Assembly (NCBI GenBank): GCA_035476995.1
Contig: DATIKY010000217.1
Location: 1-32,000, forward strand
Direction of reading: 5' to 3'
DNA: 32,000 bases
Origin: Sedimentisphaerales bacterium
GTDB taxonomy: Bacteria > Planctomycetota > Phycisphaerae > Sedimentisphaerales > Anaerobacaceae
Under the pieces are notes generated by a model. It had not been told where the DNA came from, ran no database searches, and worked only from the letters and a program-made list of their open reading frames with translations. Both the position numbers and the translations under genes were made by a program. Shown here piece after piece: positions 1-6,935 of this stretch; the stretch's first letter is position 1, and the number at the start of each line of letters is the position of its first letter.

Positions 1-184
1 CTTCCTACACAAACCGCCCGAGGCGGCGTTGCCCCCTCAGGCCGTCTGGATCAATCCGCCCAAGGAGGCCCCAAAAACAACGGATTGATTAGAGCTTAAT
101 TGTGAAAAGGAACTGTCTCATTCAACTTGACAACTTCCGGACACGGACGAAGCCCCTGGGCATCGGGCCACCGCCAAAAACACG

Positions 185-766
185 ATGGCCTGCCTCAGGG
201 CCGTATGCAACTACGCTCTGCTGAACCACCCGCTGCTTAAGAAGGAAGGGCTGGAGAACCCGGTCAACAAGGGCTTCAAGATTCGCAAGCCCAAAGACCG
301 GGCCGACCGGGCTATGGCCGCGTCCGAGCTACGCGACTGGTACAAGCAGTTGCAGGAGGTCAAGAGCGAAATCCGGTGGCATATCCCGTGCCCCAAGGGC
401 GGAACCGAGCGTGCGTTCGATATCCCGCTCAGCAGGCGCCTGTGTTGGTTGCTCGCCAAGGTCCGCCGCGTGGGCCGCGTCCTTTACGACGGGTCGCCCT
501 ATGTGTTCGCTGGGCCATCGGACCATATCGTCCACAGCCAGGAAAAGAAACACCCGAAGCTGGCCGTGGGCCACGCTCTCAGGCACACGTACTACAGCAT
601 AGCCGTAAACGACGTGGGGATCGACCAGCGCGTTCTGAACGCGCTCGTGAACCACAAGAACGGTGGGCTCGTGGACACGTACTTCAAGGCGGACTGGGCC
701 CAGCTACTCAAGGCCCAGGAGCAGGTGTCTGCGTTCCTGTGGAAGGCGATGACGGCGGAGGCTTGA
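185..766 (+). pseudogene. Tyrosine recombinase (phage-integrase family) remnant; essentially the C-terminal catalytic half only
   Basis: The 193-aa ORF carries HALRHT (HxxR box II) and a terminal NHKNGGLVDTYF Tyr-nucleophile motif. The same frame upstream (2-184) is broken by two stops. Only the last helix of the N-terminal SAM-like domain is left (TMACLRAVCNYALLNHP). The box-I Arg segment looks collapsed (VKSEIRW/HIPCPKGG). Confidence 0.55.
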
Positions 767-872
767 GCCTTGCAGGAGGAGACGGATAGGACTATCATGG
801 GTGTTGCGTATGAGCACCCTCCAAGCCATAGCGGTCATCGTCGGCGTCTTGACCGACGAACTGGTAGTTAGG

Positions 873-1091
873 TCAGTCTGAATTCTCGCCGGTCGATTCG
901 GGCTGTGGTGAATGGTCGCGCGGGCGATACACGTAATCCGGTTTTGGTTCATCCGCCACGGGTGCAAGAGCTTCCCATGAACCGAATCCTTCAGGACTGG
1001 TAACAACGTGCCCCGACAAGAGCGTTACGGAGTATACCGTCCTTGCCTGGAATGGGATGATTGGCCCATGTACAATTGTTGGCTCATTCAT
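873..1091 (-). CDS. Small hypothetical protein (72 aa) translationally coupled to the proteasome-like gene
   Basis: Its ATG overlaps the TGA of the upstream ORF (ATGA at 1088-1091). I recognise no motif, so it could be spurious. Confidence 0.3.
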   Translation of the reverse strand: MNEPTIVHGPIIPFQARTVYSVTLLSGHVVTSPEGFGSWEALAPVADEPKPDYVYRPRDHSPQPESTGENSD

Positions 1092-1834
1092 GTTGTTGCC
1101 CTCCCTTCATAGAAGTTATTACGCAGCGCGGTAGTTTTTGTTGCGTTTCGCTTCACGATTTCATCGACTTCCGAAACAGACAACTCCTTAGAGCCTGTCG
1201 GGCTCACGATTACAACACGGATTGGTCCTCCAACTTTTCCGTCCTGGCTCGCTGTCTCAGAAATAGCATAAACTGCCAGAGGAGCCAGTTCCTCCTGTGC
1301 CTTTCGGTCCGCTTGATAGAGGCGATTCAGAAGATAGAGAGCATATGTGGCAACGCCAGCAACGGCAAAACCATAATCGTGGATCATGGGGGCAAAATTC
1401 AGCGCGCTGTTGAGTTGGTATATGACCGGCCTACTGAAATTGCCGCTTTGATCTCTCTCGTACCCACCGATGATGAAGATAAGGTCCGGTCGGCCGATTA
1501 CACCGCCAGTCTGCGGACTTGGCATCGCCGTCTGAGGGAGGCTGGGGAACCAAGTGTCGTAGAGTTTGCGCGCTGTTTGATGGAGTATGGGCACAATGGT
1601 CTCAATTCCATCCATTCCAGGCTGCGCCGCTATGGCGTTCTGAGTCTGCTTGAGAACTGTTGCACCTAACTCGGAACTACCGGCTTCAATAGCGGCAACG
1701 TGGCTTGCGAGGATGAAGGTCTTGCACATTGAATCATTCTGTGCAGTCACACCTCTCGGATCGCCAAATGTACCCCGACTATCCGCCGCCAGAACCATCC
1801 CGTTTTCGCCTTTGAGCGCGAGAAGCAAGGTCAT
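1088..1834 (-). CDS. Proteasome beta-type / Ntn-hydrolase family protein (Anbu/BPH/HslV-like bacterial proteasome homologue)
   Basis: The sequence MTLLLALKGENGMVLAADSRGT places Thr at position 2, with Asp17 and Arg19 at canonical spacing and a Lys in MCKTFIL near the K33 position. A strong SD (AAGGAG, 1844-1849) lies 9 nt upstream of the ATG at 1834, inside the longer GTG-initiated ORF (1858). I therefore prefer 1834 as the start. The gene is visibly lower in GC (about 50%) than its flanks. Confidence 0.65.
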   Translation of the reverse strand: MTLLLALKGENGMVLAADSRGTFGDPRGVTAQNDSMCKTFILASHVAAIEAGSSELGATVLKQTQNAIAAQPGMDGIETIVPILHQTARKLYDTWFPSLPQTAMPSPQTGGVIGRPDLIFIIGGYERDQSGNFSRPVIYQLNSALNFAPMIHDYGFAVAGVATYALYLLNRLYQADRKAQEELAPLAVYAISETASQDGKVGGPIRVVIVSPTGSKELSVSEVDEIVKRNATKTTALRNNFYEGRATT

Positions 1835-2004
1835 TGGCTGCGTCTCCTTCACAGACACTCACTGACCGATCACGAAATCCTAATGGGCGCAATTTTGCCC
1901 AATCTATCAGCATCATACCACAAGTATCGGCAGCAGACAACTACCGGGACCAATAATTTCTTCGAACTCAGTTCAAACTGACCCACTACCGCTGGATCGT
2001 CCCG

Positions 2005-2694
2005 GTGGCGGTCCTGGGCCTTGCGGTCTTTGTCGCCGTATGGTTGCTCCTGATCTGGCTGAGCAGCCACGGTCGATTCCTCTTTCTTCACTGCGTCGCC
2101 AGGAACAAAGCGGAAGTGAGCCATCCCTGGCTTCAGTTCGACCGCCACGCAAACAGCCTGTTCGCGTTCAGGGCCATCCTCGGATTGATCTCGCTCGCCG
2201 CGGTCATCGCAGTGCTGGCGCTGGGCATCGTCGTCGCCTCAGTCTCCACAGCAGCCTTCGGCTTCAATCCCCTGACGGTCATTGGCCTGACCTCGGGCAT
2301 TCTGTTCTTCGTCGCGATCCTGATCGTCTCGGCGGTCATCGCCAAATTCACGAAGGACTTCATCGTGCCTATCATGTACTTGCACACCAACAGCGCCGTG
2401 GCCGCGTGGCAGATCCTCCTGCCCCTGCTGTCCGTCAACCGGGCGCGGTTCGTTTTGTACCTTTTGGTCCAGATCGCGATCGGGATCGCGTTGGGCGCGA
2501 TGATCATGATGGGCGTCTGCTGCACGTGCCTCTGCGCCGCGTGCCTGTTCGCTCTCCCCTATGTCGGGACAGTGATCCTGCTGCCGGTGCACGTCTTCAC
2601 GCGTTCGTACAGCCTCTATTACCTGGCCCAATACGGACGCGAACTCGACGTGTTTGAGCTGGCCGACAATGAGCCCCCGGCCGCAACGATCTAG
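2005..2694 (+). CDS. Polytopic integral membrane protein, unknown function
   Basis: The 229-aa ORF has a GTG start and at least 5 long hydrophobic segments (e.g. AVLGLAVFVAVWLLLIWL, ILGLISLAAVIAVLALGIVVASV, IGLTSGILFFVAILIVSAVI, FVLYLLVQIAIGIALGAMIMMGV). The start is uncertain: the frame is open from 1957. Confidence 0.6.
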   Translation: MAVLGLAVFVAVWLLLIWLSSHGRFLFLHCVARNKAEVSHPWLQFDRHANSLFAFRAILGLISLAAVIAVLALGIVVASVSTAAFGFNPLTVIGLTSGILFFVAILIVSAVIAKFTKDFIVPIMYLHTNSAVAAWQILLPLLSVNRARFVLYLLVQIAIGIALGAMIMMGVCCTCLCAACLFALPYVGTVILLPVHVFTRSYSLYYLAQYGRELDVFELADNEPPAATI

Positions 2695-2707
2695 CGACCA
2701 GGGGTGT

Positions 2708-4078
2708 TTACGGCGTCAACGTCTGCTTGGACGCACCGGGCCAATCCTCGGCTCGCGTGCCCTGATAGGTTGTCAGAGTGTACTGGAACGTCCGTTCCGA
2801 TCGCGGCTGCAGAAGGGCCGTGAACTCGACGGTATCCGCATCTATCTTCTCGAACTCGTCGATCTGGCCGCTACGCGCGAGCGTCCAATACGTTGTCTCG
2901 AAGTTCCGGCGGATCTCGACTTCGACCGGGACGTCCCGCGTGTTCTTGACCTTGACCTCGAACATCTGGATCTCGTCCCAGCCCGCGACATCCCTGTTTC
3001 GGTCGAAGCGATAGTTTTCGGTCCGGTATTCCATCAGCGTGGGCTCGACCACGACGTTCTCGACCGCTCCGAGATCGAGTTCTACATCCTGATCGACCGG
3101 GATGTACAGGAACGAGGACTCGCCCTCATAGGACAGATGCCCCTGGGCGTCGGCCTTGCGAAAGACACGCATCGTGCCGTCCGGGATGGGCGTGGCACCG
3201 AGCTTGTGTTCCTGGTCGTTCTTGAAGTTCAGGAACCGCTCGACCTGCGGGCCGTATCGGTCTTCTTCGAACTTGTACAGGTTGAGGACCGGCACCTCGG
3301 CCACGTCGAAGCTCTTGAGCCGCTTCGACCAGCCGGTAGGGATCGTCTCGGTCCCCTCGATCGTGTACAGGAAGTACTCGCTGAGTCCTTCCTTGACGAT
3401 CTCTTTCGGTCCATCGAAACCTGTCGCCATCGGCGCCATGGCATCGGCCATATCGAACCTCTCCATCTCGGCCTTGAACATCAGGGCGTGCGCCGGGCTT
3501 CGGGGCTGGACTCCCTCCGGCCGGCCATAGGGGTACTCACGTTGGGCCAGTTCCACGATCTGGTCGAGGATGTGGACCTGGCCCACGATGAGGCGGACCT
3601 GGGCGTTCTCGTAGTCTTCGCCGCTGTTGTTGGTGACGCGGACGTAGCCCTCCAGGCGCATGGTCTTCTCGTCGGGAGAGAGCGTGCCCATGTAGAACGC
3701 CCGCCAGGACAGGCCGCTGGTCAGATAGCTGATCTCCACGGAAACCTTGCCGCTGATCCGACTGCGGACGTTCCAGACGCCGACGTTCTTCACGCGAGCG
3801 GGGTACGTCAATTGGGCGATCTCGACCTCGCCGGGCCTGGCTTTGGGGAGCATATCGAGACTCGTGGGGTCGATCAGCGTCTCGGCCCACGAGAATTGCA
3901 GGGCGTTCTCGCCCTCTTTGAGCGTCAGCGAGCGTCCATCCCGCACGAGCGTCATGTCCGCGGAATTGTAGATCGTCAGTTGCACCGTGTCCCGCGCCGG
4001 CAGCGTCACCAGATCGACCTTGGCCTGCGACACCGCGGCAAAGAACCCAATCGTAAGAAGAACAAGAAGATATCTCAT
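2708..4078 (-). CDS. Secreted DUF4140/DUF4139-like protein, paralogue P1
   Basis: Signal peptide MRYLLVLLTIGFFAAVSQA. The motifs TVQLTIYNSADMTLVRD...IDPTSL and SYLTSGLSWRAFY...VRVTNNSGEDYENAQVRLIVG fit my recollection of DUF4140 plus DUF4139 (TIGR02231 'MuiA'-type). A GGAG sits 10 nt upstream of the ATG at 4078. The longer ORF to 4243 reads through a REP element. About 75% aa identity to P2 by eye. Confidence 0.75.
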   Translation of the reverse strand: MRYLLVLLTIGFFAAVSQAKVDLVTLPARDTVQLTIYNSADMTLVRDGRSLTLKEGENALQFSWAETLIDPTSLDMLPKARPGEVEIAQLTYPARVKNVGVWNVRSRISGKVSVEISYLTSGLSWRAFYMGTLSPDEKTMRLEGYVRVTNNSGEDYENAQVRLIVGQVHILDQIVELAQREYPYGRPEGVQPRSPAHALMFKAEMERFDMADAMAPMATGFDGPKEIVKEGLSEYFLYTIEGTETIPTGWSKRLKSFDVAEVPVLNLYKFEEDRYGPQVERFLNFKNDQEHKLGATPIPDGTMRVFRKADAQGHLSYEGESSFLYIPVDQDVELDLGAVENVVVEPTLMEYRTENYRFDRNRDVAGWDEIQMFEVKVKNTRDVPVEVEIRRNFETTYWTLARSGQIDEFEKIDADTVEFTALLQPRSERTFQYTLTTYQGTRAEDWPGASKQTLTP

Positions 4079-4131
4079 ACAGGACACTCCAAAGAGTTCC
4101 AAATTGCCGAATAGTCGTGGCGAGCGGCAGC

Positions 4132-4225
4132 CTGTTTGTAGTGTGCCCGTAAGGGCATATCTTGAATCGGCAGCGTCCCCTCGCAAGCACGGAAGATAAC
4201 GCCTTACGGCGTCACTACGAACAAG
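4132..4225. repeat. REP-like hairpin doublet (GTAGTG-stem-GTAA-stem units in inverted orientation, about 35-nt spacer)
   Basis: Unit A is GTAGTGTGCCCGTAAGGGCATAT (4138-4160). Unit B is inverted, ATAACGCCTTACGGCGTCACTAC (4196-4218). The same two units recur at 8326-8374 on the other strand. Confidence 0.8.
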
Positions 4226-4258
4226 TCCGTCAGCCGGTCTCATACAGATTCACCCCAT

Positions 4259-5623
4259 TCACTGAGGCCTGCCGGACCGCCTGACGGCGTCCTCCGCCCG
4301 GGTGCCCTGGTAGGTCGTCAGCGTGTATTCGAACGTTTTCTTCGACTGCGACGCCATCGCCACCGTGAACTTCACCGTGTCGAGATCGACCTTCTCGAAG
4401 CCGGTCTCGTCGCCGGCTCGCTTGAGGTCCCAGTTCGGCGTGCCGAAGTTGCGGACGATTTCGATCTTCGCCGGAACGTCGCGCGTGTTGCGGACCTCGA
4501 CCGCGAACGTCTGCACTTCGTCCCAGCCGCTGACATTGCCTCGGTTGTTGAAGCGGTAGTTCTCCGTCTTGTAGTCCATGAGCCTGGGCTCGACGACCAC
4601 GTCCGCAACGGTCCCGAGGTTCAGTTCCACCTCGTCGTTGACGGGGATGTACTTGAAGGCGGACCGGCCTTCGTACGACAGGTGCTTCTGGTCGTCCACG
4701 GATCGATAGACCTTCAGATTGCCGTCGGGGATCGGGGTCTGGCCAAGCTTGTGCTCCTGGTCGTTCTTGAAGCTCAGGAACCGCACGACCTGCGGGCCGT
4801 ATCGCTCCTGCTCGTACTTGTACAGGTTCACGACGGGCACGCCCTCGACGTCGAAACTCGCCAGCCGCTTCGACCAGCCGGTCGGGATGGTCTCGGCGCC
4901 TTCGATCGTGTAGAGGAAGTACTCGCTCAGGCCCTCTTTCACGATCGCCTTCGGCTTGGCAACCGACATCGCCATGATTTCACCCCTCGCACGTTCCCCC
5001 AAAGCCCTTCCCGCCATAGCCGGCATCGGCATGGCCGCCGGCGGAACGGCCTGCCCCGGCCGGCCGTAAGGGTACTCCCGCCGGGCCAGTTCAGCGATCT
5101 GGTCGAGGATGTGGACTTTGCCCACAATGAGCCGCACCTGGGCGTTCTCATAGTCCTCGCCGCTCTTGTTCGTCACGCGGACGTAGCCCTGGAGCCGCAT
5201 TGTCTTCTCGTCCTGGGCCAGCGTGCCCATGTAGAACGCCCGCCAGGTCAGGCCGCTGGTCAGATACGTGATCTCGACAGGGACCGGGCCGCTGATCTCG
5301 CTCTGGACGTTCCACAAACCGAGATTCTTCACCCGCGGCGGATACACCAGCTCGGCGATGTCGATCTTGTCCACCTGGGCCTTAGCCAGCATTTCCAGAC
5401 TCGTCGGATCGATCAGCGTATTCTCCCAGGAGAACTGCAGGGCGTTCTTGCCCTCTTTCAGGGTCAGCGCCCGACTCTCGCGGACGAGCGTCATGTCCGC
5501 GGAGTTGTAGATCGTCAGTTGCACGGTGTCGCGCGAGGGCAGCGTGGTCAGGTCCACCTTGGCCGATGCCGTCGCTTCGGCGAACATCACAAGCATTGTC
5601 AGGAATAGTACGGAAGGTTTCAT
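4259..5623 (-). CDS. Secreted DUF4140/DUF4139-like protein, paralogue P2
   Basis: Signal peptide MKPSVLFLTMLVMFAEATASA, and collinear with P1 throughout. A GGAG sits 9 nt upstream of the ATG at 5623, in the same TGGAGTG context as P1. The longer ORF to 5758 reads through a REP element (translated as ...SFPRKREST...). Confidence 0.75.
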   Translation of the reverse strand: MKPSVLFLTMLVMFAEATASAKVDLTTLPSRDTVQLTIYNSADMTLVRESRALTLKEGKNALQFSWENTLIDPTSLEMLAKAQVDKIDIAELVYPPRVKNLGLWNVQSEISGPVPVEITYLTSGLTWRAFYMGTLAQDEKTMRLQGYVRVTNKSGEDYENAQVRLIVGKVHILDQIAELARREYPYGRPGQAVPPAAMPMPAMAGRALGERARGEIMAMSVAKPKAIVKEGLSEYFLYTIEGAETIPTGWSKRLASFDVEGVPVVNLYKYEQERYGPQVVRFLSFKNDQEHKLGQTPIPDGNLKVYRSVDDQKHLSYEGRSAFKYIPVNDEVELNLGTVADVVVEPRLMDYKTENYRFNNRGNVSGWDEVQTFAVEVRNTRDVPAKIEIVRNFGTPNWDLKRAGDETGFEKVDLDTVKFTVAMASQSKKTFEYTLTTYQGTRAEDAVRRSGRPQ

Positions 5624-5662
5624 AGGATCACTCCAGTATTCTTCAGGACCGGGCCAGCCCGT

Positions 5663-5732
5663 CTTGTCACCCTCGCGAAAGCGGGGGTCCATTCCGCAGG
5701 TCGTGGATTCCCGCTTGCGCGGGAATGACAAG
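5663..5732. repeat. REP-like hairpin doublet of a second sequence family (CTTGTCA-stem-GNRA-stem-TCCA units, inverted)
   Basis: CTTGTCACCCTCGCGAAAGCGGGGGTCCA (5663-5691) and its inverted partner TGGATTCCCGCTTGCGCGGGAATGACAAG (5704-5732). Each unit is a 7-8 bp stem capped by a GAAA or GCAA loop. Confidence 0.8.
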
Positions 5733-5761
5733 AGAGCGGCGTTCGGCCGTCCTTGCATTCA

Positions 5762-6916
5762 TCACTGACCCGGCCGCACGTTGCGACGGTGATAACGCAT
5801 CGTCAGCTCTTTGACGCCGGGGCCTTTTTCGGTCCGAGCCGGCAGCTCGATCTCGAACTTGAGCGTCGAGGCATCCTTCTTCACGTACTTGAGATTGCAC
5901 TCCGCCATGTCCCACTGGCCGGGGATGTGCTGGACCATCGTCAGGACCGCAGGGCTGTCCTTGAAGTTCTCGATCTTGGCCTTGATGATCTCGTCGGTAT
6001 CGAGCAGGACGACGACGCCGTCGTTGTTCTTGCGGAGGTTGATCTGGGCGTCCTGCATCTTTCGCTGGGTGACGACGATGTCCCGGCTGTCGCCGATGTA
6101 GAGTTCCATCTTCTCCCCGACCGGCACGAGCGAGGCGTTGTCCTCGCCCAGGAAGATCGTGGAGCCGTGGCCGTCCTGCTGGAAGAGGCGCGCCTTGCCG
6201 CCCCAGAGGGCGAACCTGCCCAGGCCGCTCTTATCGCTGTTGACGACCTCGTAGCTGACCGGAATGCCCACGTTCTGATTGTTGAGCTGCTCGGGGTCCC
6301 AGGGCAGCTTGGCGGCGTCGAAGGTCCAGATCTTGCGGACCGGGACGTTGGGCTCGTTGAGGAACAGCATCTGCTTGGTTTCCTCGTGGTCGATGCCCTG
6401 CTCGAAGGCCTCGCCGTAATCGAGCAGCACGCGGGCCTTCTCGAAATCCTCGCCGGAGAAGTTGCGAAGGACCAGGTAGCTCTTGAGGTCCACGAACGTC
6501 TCAGCCTTGTTCGCGACCGCCTTATATGTGATGAGCCGGTCGATATTGCTCAGCAGGTAGCTGATGCGGACGGTCTCGGCGAAGTCGCCCGCGCTGCTGA
6601 TCTCCCAGACCAACGCCGCCTCGCCCGGCGGATAGCTGATGCTCAGCAGCGTCACGTCGCCCGGATGATCCAGACTCACCAGCCGAATGGAATCCTCATC
6701 GATCTGCACACCCTTCCACGAGAAATCGACCTTGTTGAGGCCCTTCTGGAGCGTCAGCACACGTTCCTCTTCGATCAAAGTCGCATTCGGGTTGTCCAGC
6801 CGAATCACCGTCGCAGCCCGCTCGGGCAGCGCCACCAGCTTGATCCTCGCCTGGGCCCCCGCCGCCAGGCACAGCAGAGCCAGAACACCGGTCACAACGC
6901 TACGTCTTGCGTTCAT
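5762..6916 (-). CDS. Secreted divergent DUF4140/DUF4139-like protein, paralogue P3 (shorter)
   Basis: Signal peptide MNARRSVVTGVLALLCLAAGAQA. It keeps LTLQKGLNKVDFSW...IDEDSI and LVLRNFSGEDFEKARVLL, equivalent to the P1/P2 motifs. It lacks the central YPYG...KEGLSEYFLYTIEG insert. RBS GAGGAG lies upstream of the ATG at 6916. Confidence 0.65.
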   Translation of the reverse strand: MNARRSVVTGVLALLCLAAGAQARIKLVALPERAATVIRLDNPNATLIEEERVLTLQKGLNKVDFSWKGVQIDEDSIRLVSLDHPGDVTLLSISYPPGEAALVWEISSAGDFAETVRISYLLSNIDRLITYKAVANKAETFVDLKSYLVLRNFSGEDFEKARVLLDYGEAFEQGIDHEETKQMLFLNEPNVPVRKIWTFDAAKLPWDPEQLNNQNVGIPVSYEVVNSDKSGLGRFALWGGKARLFQQDGHGSTIFLGEDNASLVPVGEKMELYIGDSRDIVVTQRKMQDAQINLRKNNDGVVVLLDTDEIIKAKIENFKDSPAVLTMVQHIPGQWDMAECNLKYVKKDASTLKFEIELPARTEKGPGVKELTMRYHRRNVRPGQ

Positions 6917-6935
6917 ATCTGTTTCTCCTCAAGAA

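Noticed and set aside
838-859. 7-bp stem hairpin TCGTCGG-N8-CCGACGA between the convergent integrase remnant and the small ORF
   Set aside because: The stem is short and there is no U-tract. This is not enough to call a terminator.
2706-2726. 11-nt match (TGACGCCGTAA, minus strand) to REP unit B exactly at the P1 stop codon, with the loop's TAA acting as the stop; a related GACGCCGTCAGGCGGTC lies in the last codons of P2 (~4272-4290)
   Set aside because: Tempting as evidence that half-REPs shaped the gene 3' ends. But an 11-mer match is only marginally beyond chance in 64 kb of GC-rich sequence, and the second half of the stem is missing.
4079-4243. N-terminal 55-codon extension of P1; likewise 5624-5758 for P2
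   Set aside because: The extensions are translations of REP hairpins (e.g. SFPRKREST). Internal ATGs with GGAG sites are followed directly by signal peptides.
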